A stretch of 64,000 nt of DNA from Raillietiella orientalis. Lineage: Eukaryota. Each line of letters opens with the position of its first letter. Within the stretch, counting starts at the first letter, position 1. Of the stretch, positions 26,880 to 39,600 are shown one piece after another. The translations under genes and the position numbers were made by a program. Location: assembly GCA_036172245.1 (NCBI GenBank), contig JAYWIR010000009.1, positions 434,001-498,000 of the forward strand, written 5' to 3'. A model generated the notes under the pieces. It was not told where the DNA came from and did no database searches. It saw only the letters and a program-made list of their open reading frames with translations.

Positions 26880-27576
26880 ACCTTCCTGCCCCAACAAGGT
26901 CTTGCTCCCTTGGCTAGATACGTCTTCCGGCACATCCATCACTATGCTATCGAGGGAAACGGAAACCTTCCCCCACCTCCTCATCGAGTGTGCCGCCCTC
27001 CGCCCCATACGGGATCGACTCTCGTCGATTGTAAACATTCCGGTGGGCGACCCAAAGGACATTTTCCGTCGCCTCCTGATGCGGGACGTCCTGCCAGCAG
27101 CCGCGTGTGTTGCAGTTCTCTGCTGCATACGCGGAATCCTGGAGAAGTGGACTGCGTCAAGGAGAGGTCGCAGCAGCCGGAATGCCATTCACTGGGCAGT
27201 CCTCTCCATGGAGAAGGCTTCCCGATGGTGCCGGTTAAGGACAATTCCAGCCGCACTTGCCCGCATCCGAAACCGGATGCAGAGGACTCCTCGCGGCGAT
27301 CAGTGATCCCATCCCTTCCCTCCCCATCCCATAAAACTCTGTACCCCCCGGTGTTTTTGTTTTTTTTGTTCTTTTTTTGGGGGGGGGGGGGGGGTCCCGC
27401 ACCCTTCGCCCGTATAGAGGACCTCACCGGCCTGCGGGTCGGTAAGTACAAGTGCAACAAGACAGTCAGAACCACGTGTTCCGACTGCAAAAAAAAGGAC
27501 AAAAAGACCAGACTTTATTATGAACTTTCTTGTAAAATTTTAATAATAGAAGCCCCGGCTCATCCGGGTGAAAAAC
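26880..27576 (+). mobile_element. LINE 3' fragment, sister lineage of family A
   Basis: ETFPHLLIEC finger in the open frame 26902-27306; 3' hairpins at 27426-27443 and 27554-27568, followed by TGAAAAACT. Confidence 0.8.
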
Positions 27577-27699
27577 TATGCAATCGAGAAAAGCTTTTAT
27601 CGTTTAGAGGATGTGTCAATATTTGATTCATTGACCATACACGGCCGATGATTCGCGAAAACACAAGAGCCTTTGCTGTGTCCGGGTCATCGGTGGCTC

Positions 27700-28500
27700 T
27701 GGCCTTTCCATACTAACGTTTGGACTTTTGAGGAGTCCCACAGACCAGCGGGCTCTTAGCAACAGGGGCTCAGAGAAGCACCAGGCAATTTCCTTGGCAG
27801 CGAGCCTGTTCGAACGCTTGGACAGTTGGTGGCGAGAGCAGAGTTTTCGGTTTTCCTTGTGGAAGTGACGTCATTTCCTGACCACACGAGAAACCAGCGT
27901 AAGTCTCCGGCACTCTCAAAGGAAGAGAGGCAAAGAGAGGAGGTTCGATGTGAAAAAACTGTCTCTCCTTTTCGCTCACGCAGGAGTTCCAGGTTGTGCA
28001 AGACCACAGATGATGGAATTCCTAAAAGCCAGGGACTCAAAGAAACGACGAGGTTATCAGCACGAAAGGTGGTGTGCACCAGCATCTAGCACGGCCAGGT
28101 CACATTCTGGGTCAGGCGAATCTTTGACGGGGTGACTAGATGACGATGAAACCGCGTGCATCTTTTGCATCACGGCGCCAGAACATTCACGTCAAGGCTT
28201 TTTCCTTGAGATGGTGTTCCCAGCATCATAAAGAGCAGCAGATTCTATGAGTGAAGTTCCGATGCCTGCTTGTAGATATCTTAACGCACTTCATCCATTT
28301 CCAATAAGCGAAGTCCACCTTCCCCTTCGGACCTGCTTCCCCTTTCCGTCAGAAGAGGGTGTTCTGCATGGCATCAGAATCTCGCTCGGGATGTCTAAGG
28401 AGAGATTTCGCTTCTGAAACAGGCGTACTTTCCCGACTCCAGCTCAGTAAAATAATGGGGACCAAAGATTCCCGGTCTGCAAAAAGTGCAAAGGCGCGGC
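27700..28500 (-). mobile_element. Decayed RT fragment
   Basis: KVDFAYW and TTFRADNLVV (YADD-like) in order; weak. Confidence 0.4.
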
Positions 28501-28563
28501 ACGTGCGTCGCCTCGAGTCCCTAAGAGTTGAACCAAATCTCGCAGCCGCAGCAGGCATATGGG

Positions 28564-29609
28564 TTTGTAACCAGTCACGCTGGGACGTTTATTTAAAAAA
28601 TGAACCAGAAGTCAGAGGGGAACAGCATCCCCTGAATACAAGAGATATCAAAAAAAAAAGTTCATTGGGGTTGACCACCGAAACGCAGGCCGACTTCTAA
28701 GGAAGTAAAAAACGGAAGAAGGGGACAATAAATGAAGTAAAGAAAAAAAAAAAGACTGGAGGGAAGGGACAGGGGTTTTGGTTTCAGTCTCCCCCTTATT
28801 CCTCGATGTGGATTTTTTTGGTGGTCATCTCTCTGATGACTTCTTCTGGCGGGTGAGACCACCTTGCAGCCGTCCTCATCAAGGCGGCAGCCATTCGGAT
28901 GGTCTCCCTTCGCTGCGAACGAGACTCTTTCACACGGAGCGGACTGCGACTATGGCGCGGATGCAGCATCTCGTGGAGATGACGGTGTCTGCCGTCAGCC
29001 CGCCTTGCGTGAGGAAGCGTCGCAGAAAGCCCTTGGCGGTGTCCTCCGGTGGCGGATCAGTTAACAGAGTCTCCGCCGAATGGCCTCGAAGGCACTCCAA
29101 CAAGAGGTGAGGGAGAGATTCCACCGCTCCGCACCTGGAACAGCTCGGGGAGGCAGCAACTTCCCCCAAAATCAGGTCCTGCAATGGTTGCACTTTGATC
29201 CCTTCAGTGCAGAAGCAGCAAGACACCCCGTTTCCACAGCAACGGGAGCACTGTGGTGTCTACACACAGGGAAGAGATCACGAGTTCTTTGGGGAGGTAT
29301 GTCAAGCCGTTCGCTCCACCAAAGGATTGCCTTCGCTCGGGAACGGGGAGTGGCACTGTCCCGCAACGCGCTCGTCTTGCGGCCGTCCCGGAGTTTTCCC
29401 ACTCCTGAAATGCTGCAGTAAAATTCCCATCCCGTTTGCCCTACGGGCAAACAGTACTGCGGCAAGGGGTGGACGACTGTCCTGAGCCGCTCCGTTCAGT
29501 CCTGCAAGACTTCTCCTAGCGGCTTGCATAGGAGTTTCCTCAGCGAGCGAAGTTGCTCTGGGTGCGCCTGAAAAGTGGCAACCGACGACTCCGATGCCTC
29601 TTCGCGTCT
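28564..29609 (-). mobile_element. Family A LINE 3' fragment; inverted duplicate of 11127-12170
   Basis: Same CSRCGAVESLPHLLLEC and the same premature stops as 11127-12170, with scattered substitutions. Confidence 0.9.
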
Positions 29610-32572
29610 GGAGTTACAGCTTTGAGGACGGCAGGAGATTCATGGCAGGGATTCCAATAATGAGGATGGGCAGGGTGGGTGTACACTCATGGAGTCTCAC
29701 TTTCTGCTTGGATGTGGGGCGCAGCCTCACTTCTGAGTGCGTATATGGTCGTGTCCCCCCGCCCCCGTTCTTGCACGTTGCTTTTTGTGACACTTGAGCT
29801 CCTTGGAACTTCATAACTGTGGACGGTAGCTGCCAGTGGCACAGCGGTCCTTCAGATTCGAGGAGCAAGGGGTACTCTATTCAACCGTCGTTTCTTTTCC
29901 GTGTTTCTGTAATCCTTGCCAACAAATGGCGCGTCTGTGGCTGCTGCGCCATGATCTGGAAAGCGAGAAAAGGTGAAATCACCTCGAAACTATCAGTGCT
30001 TGAGATGAGAGGGAAGTGACGGGCGATTCACTCGATCATTCACATAATTATTCAGGAGTGACCACGTCCGGCTTGAAGTGGTGAACTTGTGTTTAGGTAT
30101 GAGCGTGTGCGTGCGATCCTTCCTCAGTGAATCAATTTTTTTCTAACACGCTCGATCTCGACAGCAGGCAAGGAATGTTCTCGGGATGTCAAGGCTTACG
30201 CATCCGTTACTGGTGGAACTCTTCAAGTACTTACGCAAAAAGAGGGATGTGTTGGGACCCTCAGAATCACCATGGTATCTAAATGCAGTAGCTTGCAACG
30301 TGACTGAAAACGTCCGTTTTCAGTTAGGAAGCTGCAATCATTCCTTCAGATGCCGAAGAAGTGTCCAATGATCCCAACAGGCATTCGAAACTGATTTCTC
30401 TGTTCGGTTCTTCTAGACGTCAGCTGTCTCTTTGGGTCTTCCCTCGACAGCGGGATGTGCGAGCGGATTTTTGGTTGTTCCAGTCGATACGTCATTCTGG
30501 TTAGTTTTATTTCTCAAAGCTTGACTTTCTATCCCGGAAGCGCTCGGGAAAAACCCTGAGCCATCGTCGGCACTTTTCTTCGTGCATCATCGGGTTTCTC
30601 ATCCTCACGACTTGCTTCTGATTCACACCTCCAACTTTCCTGGGCAAAATTATTCCCTTGTTTGCTTTCCCAAAGCATCCCAGATATTTCGGAAAGCGAA
30701 AACGTGTCTGTCTCATTTCCTACTCCCCCTTCTTCCGCAGCCTCGACACTGAAAATCAATTAACAAAAATTCTCGGATGGAACCTCACTCTCCTGAAGAT
30801 TTCCTCGGACTGTTTGCCTAGAGTCCATATCGGCCGCTCAAAGCATTCAACAACTGCAAGAGCATTCGGCGCGATATTTGTTCATGAGAGGGATGTTTAA
30901 AGGGAGTTAAAAGCTTCGGGCAAGAGCATGCCATGCTGAGAGGGCAGCTGCGGGAAGGACTCACGCGCGGGTGCTCTGCCCAAGCGTGGAAGGGCGGCTG
31001 GACTCTTTGCCCCGTGAAGCAGAGGTCGGAACGCAGAGGTGTCTTTCCAAGCTTTCGGTGCAGGTAGGCAGGTCGCTTGAGGAAGCTTCGCATGAAGCTC
31101 GAGGATGGAAGGCTGCAAGGCCACTCGACAAGTTGCCGCAGTATCATGCAACCGAGGAGATACACAACTCCCTAACTATGTCAAGAAATACGAAAGTTTG
31201 CAAAAGACCGTGGTTCGATCCTTGAAAGAAGTCTACCGACAGCAAGGGGATAGAGTCATGGCAATTCAGTAATGACGTGTTCATTGCTATCAGCTCAATA
31301 AATGTAAACGATTTATTTGTGGAAAAAAGAAAAACAGGATGATGGGCGGCAGACGAGAAGGTGATTTCGGAATGGACAGTGAGAATAGAGCGGAGATGAA
31401 CTGCTGAAGAGAACATCGAGATCCAAAGGCCTCAAGTGCACTGATTCGAAGCCGCGTGAAGCTGTGCTTCATGCAGACAGAATGACAAGGAAGAGTGTGA
31501 TATCAGGCGGCGAGGATGGAAAACCAATCTCAAGAGAATCGGTCTATCCGGCGCTAAATCTGCAAATGAGGAAGTCGGAGAAGACAACGGGCAACAACCC
31601 CAAAACGCAAGCACACAGTATAGGGACCGAATGGGGAGAGGTTCCTTGACGATTCCTTGACCGATGACTGGCAAGAATGGGTGAGGCTCATGGTATTCAG
31701 GGAGATTGGTCTGAAAGGGGGTGAAACACTCAAGCTGCACTGCTTTTGTAAGCGAAAATGTGGAAACGATTTAAAGAAGACCGAAGTGAGAATGAGGCGG
31801 TACGTAAGCATCGCAATACACAAGAGAAGTTAACAGAGGTCCAAAGGTCTGGATTTGAGGACAAGAAGAGTGCACTAAAGCTTGTGGCTTGCAACCAGCA
31901 CACGTCAATAGATGTCCATGTCACTGTCTATGTCATCTTGTTTGTAACATCAGGCAAGGTTCATCCCAAGCGGTTATCTACAAACAATGAAGTGGTAATG
32001 TTGTTACCAATGTTTTCCTACCGCAGCCGAGAACTCTCCTCAGTCATCTTTTCAAAAGCCGGCACGTACGGGGACTCCAAGAAGCAACGAGAGTATTTAG
32101 ACAGAGTTTCACATCTGTTTTTGCCGAAGTTCCAAGGTACACACTTGTGAACCTCGAAATGCGAGCATTGAGCCTCTTCCACAACGTGCCCGGAGGCAGG
32201 TTCTCTGTACCATTCTGGAGGGAGCTACGGGCACTTGATTAGAATCGTACTGCGGATGATGAATTTCGTCATTCTGCGATTCAGCCCTCTCTTTCGAGAT
32301 GGCCATCAATTGCACCGACTTCTTCGTGCAGCTAAATTGCTTTCAAATTCAATTGTTCTTGGATGCGATCACGTGACATGGCGTTTCATTAGGAAGTGTT
32401 TGGAGCGCTCGCTTCCACGGTGGCGCCTCCATTCAAACAGCCACGGCACCGCATGTGCAGACTGAACACAAAGCAGAGATCTTTTTACCCTTTTTACCCC
32501 TCAAGAGCGCAAGATGGACTCCATGTATCTGCATGATATGGACGTGGAAGTTGGCATCTTTAAAGAATCCAA

Positions 32573-32592
32573 AGAGAGAGAGAGAGAGAGAG
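32573..32592. repeat. (AG)10 microsatellite
   Basis: Read directly. A second (AG)9 tract lies at 33779-33796. Confidence 0.95.
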
Positions 32593-33449
32593 AAGCCAAT
32601 GAACGGGAGAAGAGTTCAGCTGGTCAGCCGGGAAGCAAAAATCTTTGCCAAACACGAAATACTCATCAGTCGAATGAGGAGGCGGCTACAGATGTTTTGC
32701 AGGAGGTGGAAAAAAACAACAAAAAAAGAAAAACACGCTCCTCCTGGCAGTTCCTTGGCACTTTATGCGTGTGGAAATTCATCTTGATGGATGGCGTCGT
32801 CGGGCAGGCAGACAATGGAGAGAAGGCAGTTAATTAACCGAATGAGGAAATCTCTTGAACGGGAAAAAATCGCTGATAAATGCAAGAAAATCAGAGCAGG
32901 GGCATTTCGGTTTTGGAATTTCATGTGGCTAGTAAACTGGTGATGGGCCAAGCGAAATCTCCATGGCGATGCAGGTTGAGGAGGTCTGCAAAGGCCAAAG
33001 GTGATTGCTCGATAAATAGCCGATTTTGGAGCAATATCGCATGAACGAGGATGGCGTAGAAAAATAGAAGAGGAGCACCTCGCTTAGAAATGCGAATCAG
33101 TCCTATCCCGGTTTGCTTGGTGCGTAGCGCTGCTCGAACAAAATCCGTAGCTCGTGAGCACTAGTCACACACCTCCAGGGCTCTTTCCTCATGTCTGGTG
33201 AGCTATCGCTTTAAATTGTGCGCGGTTGCAGTACATCGATGCCAGATGATTGAGGTGTCTAATTTATTCTTCCCCACGTAATGTATCCATAGTTTCCAAT
33301 CAGAACGTTTGGAGACGCATCCCTAAGTAACCCAACGATGAGAATTTCGGGTGGGGGATTCAGATCTTCATAAGCCCCTGCCTGCAAGAAATCCGAGTTC
33401 AGAGTTTGCCTCTCCCTTGCGAGCTCTCTCGCGCAGTCAGCACATCAAT

Positions 33450-34450
33450 GAACTCACCCTCAAAGGAAAGGGACCCAAAACAAACAGCGAAAGGCTTTGC
33501 ACTGCTACAATATCAGCAAAGCACACACAGTACGATGTAAGAAGGGTCCCCGAAGCGAAAGGACAGTCTCGGCTCGAAGGAGTTCTCTCGTAATGATGTC
33601 AGATTCCATCACCCAAAACCAACATCAGGGATAGGCGCCAAGTGTCATTGTCGGCATCAGATGAAGATCAGGGATTCTGCCGCTGTTCAGCGAAACGGAT
33701 GAAGTCGAATTGTGTCTCCTGTTTCCAATTTAGGGAGTGTGACAGGCATACCAGAGTTGAAGCGCGAGAGGACTTCAAAGAGAGAGAGAGAGAGAGGCAG
33801 ACAGAGAGAAAACCCGGTAAAAATCAATGAGGAACCTCACTTCTTGTGACTATGCAAAGGGGACCTCTCGAGAAGGGGAAAAGAGAGCTCTGTCAAGGCA
33901 AAAAGCAGGTCTCCAGGAATGCAGATCTGAAATCTCCGATTGTACTGTGACTGCATTCAGATTGTAACAGGACCCAGGAGAGCGTTCCCTCAAGCCAGTA
34001 ATAACCAAGAATGGATGAAACCATTCATCATTGAATATCCTCTTTCTGAATTCCATTTGCTGCAATCTTAATGGCCATGTCGTGGTTCCCTCTGGTCTGT
34101 GGGTGACGCGGAATGTAAAATGGAGAGTTTGCGTACAGCTAACCAATCGAAACGAGGAAGCTGAAAGAAGCCTTTAGAGAAACACCTCTTTAATCCTTCA
34201 AAGATCAGTCAAAGTGACCTTGATTTGTCCATGCTAATGGGATTGTGAGTGTGCCTCTTCCCGGAAATTCGGAAACGATTTGAACAGGAATCACTGCCAC
34301 AAAATTTCAGACCTTGCCTTCTCAGAGTCTCTTCCACAGTTTCCTTGCCTCCCCGAGGTCTTTCCTTGTTTGCAGTTCCTTGTCCAGAAGCCATGATAGT
34401 AGAATGTCTGGAAAGCATTCAGAAAAACAGGACCGCAGAGTGGAACGAAC
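33450..34450 (+). mobile_element. Decayed RT fragment
   Basis: RDRRQVSLSASDEDQGFCRCSAKRMK resembles NWRPISLL..DYK...LA.RLK; a later NHSSLNILFLN resembles the PLS.LLF motif. Confidence 0.55.
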
Positions 34451-37400
34451 TTCTCATTTTAAGATTCACTGATTAGATCCTCGATCGTCCACGCACGAAG
34501 CATACCGCATCTGGAATGAAGCCCTCAGGATAAGTCGAAAAGACCTTGTCAAATAGGGAAACCGTTCTGGAGATGAGACCTAATTATTCTGAAAGTCGAA
34601 TATGCGGACTACGCCCTTGCCATGAGAATATTGTAGCTTTCACTGTTGATGGCAACCATCAAGTATGCAATATTATGTTGCTAGAGGTCAAAAACGGAGA
34701 GTTGGGACTGTTGCATAGCTTCTTCACCTTGGCACTGCAGTGGTGGTAACTGTTGCAGCTTCCTAGCTGAGGTGTGGGCTTCGTCACACGAGTTACCAAA
34801 AGCCCTGGACTTCAGGCTCCCAAAGAGGACGACTCAGTGGTAGAATTCCAGGTGCACCAAGCGAGCAAACTTGACGATGACGAGTTGTTCCGACGAAGCG
34901 CACATGTCAACCGGAAGTGCTCGAACAGAGGCCAGACGGAAATGCCGGTCCGTGCCTGGAGGACGCAAGAAACACAAAACGCTTTTCAGAACGGGCAAAA
35001 GTGCAGCAAGGATTCCATCTTCATCGAATCTGATCGGAAAACTCAAGTCGTTTTAGGGATGCAAGCGACTTGGTTTGCTAACGAGGGTGCGGGCAAGTTG
35101 CCGGCTTCGTACCACCCTCCAGTCACAGAAGGCGACTGACCGCCAGTCGCTCTTGCAATCACAAGGAAGAATGCGGCAACCTGAGTCAATGGCTGTCCCG
35201 CGGTGTTTGACCTGCCAGAGTGGGCTCGATGCAGTGCGGAGAGCACCCCGCGGCATTGTGTGGGAGTACCCCGAAGTCATTCTACGCTCGCGCCGCTGTG
35301 ATTCCGTGGTCGTATCTTCTGGATCATCCACGCAGAGCAGATGAAGCCCTCAACGCAGTTGTCGAGGAAGCAGTTTTACGATAAATTTGTAATGAGGACG
35401 AAGTCACGTACGCCTGAAGATGCCTAATGGGTAACCTCAAGGGGTTGTCGTTTAGCTGGGTAGTTTGTGTAGCCTCGTGGCATGCCTATGAGTTCCAGAA
35501 GTGTTGAAAGGAAAAGGTGACTTTGCACCGCGATGGTTACTGGCCAAAAAAAAAAAAAAAACTGCAAATATTTGGCAGTAAGTACTTGAGGTGAACTCTT
35601 TTTACGAGGGGATACCATTGGGTCGAACTGTAATAATTGAAATGACGGCGCCTACGGATTGATCTTTCCATCAATCTGTTGCGTGCTCACACTGCAGAGA
35701 CGCTTGAGACGAGTCCACTGGAGCTTTCGCAGTTGTGTACTTTCAGCTGCCTCTTCCACGTTTGCAGACTCAAAAGGCACAAAAGTATTCAGATCCCAGA
35801 AGAATGGTTCCACTAGAGTTGTGGCTGAATTCATTGGAAGGATTACTACTATGTATATGCAGTTGATTAAAATCAACGGCGATCTTTCATAAACTTCGCT
35901 CGTTCTTTCTCTCTGATCTTTCGAGACCAAGAGGATGCCTTTTGTCTGGAAGCTCGTTTTCTCTTAGGAGCACCTTGAGAGAACCGAGTGCTCTCCTTCG
36001 AGATCACACTTTCATAAGTCGAAAGGCCGCCAAAGAAAGGGGGAGGGGGAAAAAAATAAATACCCACGGGCTATTTTCTGTTCCCTGGTATATGTTGCCT
36101 GTCGACGAGATGCTTCCAGCTTCTAGATTTGCTAATGTTTTCAGAAATCGCTGTCTCTCAGATAATTTAGCTCATTCTTCCGCGAAGAATGCACAAGAGT
36201 GTCCCTAGAGGAAACATGCATAGTTTTGGTTTCTGCTTGAAGATTTCTGAATCCGTTATCCGCCAAATTACCTTATCCTCAAACAGTGAGAGGAATTCAA
36301 GCGTCTGAACCTCCAGAAAGCTTAGCGCGAAAGGATTAATCTGTGCCACTGATGGGAGTGGCCCACTCCATCCGATGTTTCCATATTAATGCTTCATTTT
36401 CCGAGATAGCTCTGGAAAAAAAGAGAGGTAGTAAGGAGAACAATCACTGGGATGAAGAAACCGGAATCCACCGAAAATTATTTCCAGAGCACCTGAGATG
36501 ACCCTGCCTTGTTCTATTTTATTTTATTCTTTCATGTTAGCAATTGCGCTCCTACATTAAATAAAGGCCGCGTATTGAGTAATGGAGTTCGTTCGAATGC
36601 GTGTGGCGTTGCAGGATGCAGTTCTCTCTAATAGATGAATGGGATCAGTTCGCTGAAAAAATCAAGGTGAAGATTCCATTAGTACGATCTTTCGAATGCT
36701 GAGAGCACTGCAACGGGCCGGTGAAACTTCAGGATTTACGAAGGCACTGAAGAAATTGGGTTCATCAAAAGTGTTTCCAGATGCTGACATCTCATTCTTA
36801 GATTAAGCTTCGGTAGTTCCTGCAAGATAAATTTGATGATCAGTGAACAAGCATGAAAACCTTGAAAGGATCCTGGGACCCCTGTCGGGGTGCGTGACGA
36901 GCGTGCCCGGAACGTGGCATTCGGGAACCTGGACGGGAGGCACTGCTCAGGGACACCATCGAAGCCTACAGGGTGAGGCTCCCCGTGGTCAGGTAGACGT
37001 GAGTTACTTGACAGGCTCCCGGAGCCGCTCTGCCCACCCGCCCGCTTTCGACTGCACAGTCTTTCCTCTTCCTCCTCCTCCGGTCGCGCGGATCTGGGAA
37101 CGTACCAGTGCCATCCCGCGGCGGGCTGCGAACCCGGAGCGATCCTCTGGCCAAAGCAAACCCGCAAAATAAAAAAAAGGGAGAAAAAAGAAAGCCTTAA
37201 AATCCTGGCATCAATCATAACCCCTACTTCCTTATTCCTGGTAAGAATTGAGCTCTAATGAGGAGAGCAAGGTTTCAGCAGATTACGGAAGATAAAAGGC
37301 AATTAAGCAGTGCAATTAGGTCGAAGACAAATAAAGCTTGAAAGTTCATTAAGGGGTTTGGTTACTGATGCCCAAACTGTAAGATCCGCAACCGAAGTTC

Positions 37401-37699
37401 TTCAGCGACGTGCCACGCAAGCTCGACGCCAAGGTGAAGCCTCTCGAGCTCCCTCAAGCAGAAATTGACTCAGTTTCCGAGGTTAAAAATCGGAACGTTT
37501 CTTGGTCTAAGAACCTGAGAATGCTCCCCTCAACAGATCTGAGTGGGGGTAAAGGCTCGAGATTCTGCATCCCTCGCGTTTGAGGTCCGTCGCTTAGCCA
37601 TTGCATCCTTGATGAGAAATTTCAGGTTCCTAGATCGGCATCCCAACACGAATGAAACTGGCTCAAGAAACGTCAACGATCTTAGGGAAACCACACAGA

Positions 37700-38900
37700 A
37701 AATCTGACTCGGTGGTTGCTAGAAATTCAACCAGGAAGCGATCCTGAGGGCTTGAAGTTAGTGGTGGTGGGCACATGGCGTCGAGCCGTCCCAAGACGGC
37801 ATCGACGAAGTGGTTTCAAACGATGGCGTGTCGCGAGCCGAGTTTTCCCGATGGGTGGACCGCCTTCTGCTATTCCACGAGTCGTGCTTCTTGGGAAGTG
37901 TCGGAAGGACGCGCGTGCAGGTCGCAGTTTCGACAGCCGCAATCCGATCTTCAGCCTCCCTGTGTTTCAGATCACAGGAACTGATCATTGACTGCTATTA
38001 GGACTCACCCTTTTGGTGGAGCATCGGAAAGTATCTTCAGAATCCCTTGCATGTACGGTGATGCGTTCGGGATTCCAGACCTTTGTTCAGCAAAGAGCAT
38101 CTCAGCCTGCAACACTCTTTTCCTACCTCTACACCGCTCCTTTTTTTATATGGCCAGTTATCCTTCTCCTTCCTCCTTAACACCGAAGTCATCGCACTTT
38201 CCAGGGATGAGAAGCAGGCATTTTGATAGATTCGATGATCAGGAAGCTGAATTCGATGCAACAAGTGACAGATGGGAGTCTTGAAGAGTGATCGTTGAAT
38301 TCGCGGTTTTCACCAGATCACTGAGGGACGGCGCTTCCACAGACCAGTCTGCACAGGCCACAGCAGCTTCCAAGACCCATTCGATGCGTTTTCGTGATGC
38401 GCTTGAGATGCAGCCAAACGGGAAGAAGCTGAGATCTGGTTTGCCTCAGCTGCCGTCGCGGCGCTGATGGCTTCCTTTTCCGGTACAGGCCCCCGCTATT
38501 CTGTTGCCGACTTGTGGTTGTCACCACCGTCTTCCTCGAGGACCTGAGCTTCCTTGCTTTCCGGAAAGCTGGGCGGGGTTGCCTGGAGCGCTGTCTTTAG
38601 TTTTCCCTTTAGGCATCCACTTTCTTCGGAAACACTTTCCCGGGTCCGCTGTTTATGGTCCTAGGTGCCAGCCAGCTCCTTACTGTATCCAGTCTCTTTC
38701 CACGGGATTCACAGACGAGCCGGGAACACGTTTTCCTGAATGGGCATGGGACCAGTGGGAACTGCAGAAGGTTCATGTTTCGCTTCTTGATCACTCAGCG
38801 CACGAGCGTTTCCAACTAACGCCGACCGATGAGCGCCGAATTTCCCCGGGACTTTAGAATTTGCTTGGGCGCTAGGATACCAACAGTTTGCTCTCAATAA
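37700..38900 (+). mobile_element. Decayed RT
   Basis: QPGSDPEG, RVVLLGK and FDDQEAEFDATSDRW (DQEKAFD-like) in order. Confidence 0.65.
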
Positions 38901-38999
38901 CGCCGCCGGCATAATGGGACGCGCTCCCATTATCCTTCCCATTCAGGGACTGATGACCCAAAAATGAAATTCTAGTTGGCCGATCATTTTTTCCCTAAC

Positions 39000-39600
39000 G
39001 GTGCAAAGGTCTTTGGAACGAAGTGCTGCTCCCAAAGCGGCAGGATCTACGCTCTTCCGAACGTGGCGCATTGCGGCTCATCACAGCCGTCTCGATGGGA
39101 GCCCCAGCATTCCCCCCCGCCATTGGTGTGAAGGCCTTTGGTGAGCGTTCTTCAGTCCATCAGGGGATGCCCGTCCCTTGGAGGGAAGAACGGAGATGGA
39201 AAAACAATATTCCCCCAGTCTCAAGGGAGCTCATTTAGAGTCTGCCCCCCCCATTTTTGGATCGCTTAATGGCTCTTTTACCAATTATTCAACCACTTCT
39301 CCCCTTCTCCCAGTCGCCTTCACATCTGTTTTTGCATGCACCCTTGCTCGACCTTCACCGGATTCCGATGACGTCACAGACACAGCGAGAGTCTCCGTAG
39401 CGCCGCTTGTTCTTCCAGCAGGAAGCCTCAGATAAAGCGAAGGAGTCAAAAGTTAGGGGACAGCTTTCTGTTCTAGCTTTGGTTTCCTGTCTGCTGGAGA
39501 ATTTTTTTTCCACGGTTGCCCAAAACCTATGAGGGAAATCGCTTTGCCTATGTCTCGGCTCGTGTTCCACTTCTGGTCACGAAGATGGCTCGAAGCAGGC
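39000..39600 (+). mobile_element. Additional decayed RT core fragment
   Basis: AVSMGAPAFP, SAPPIFGSL and PDSDDVT (YADD-like) in order. Confidence 0.45.

Noticed and set aside
26787..27626. Longest ORF in the track (279 aa) as a gene
   Set aside because: It is an off-frame overlap of a LINE C-terminus and UTR, running through poly-T and poly-G tracts. The meaningful frame is 26902-27306.
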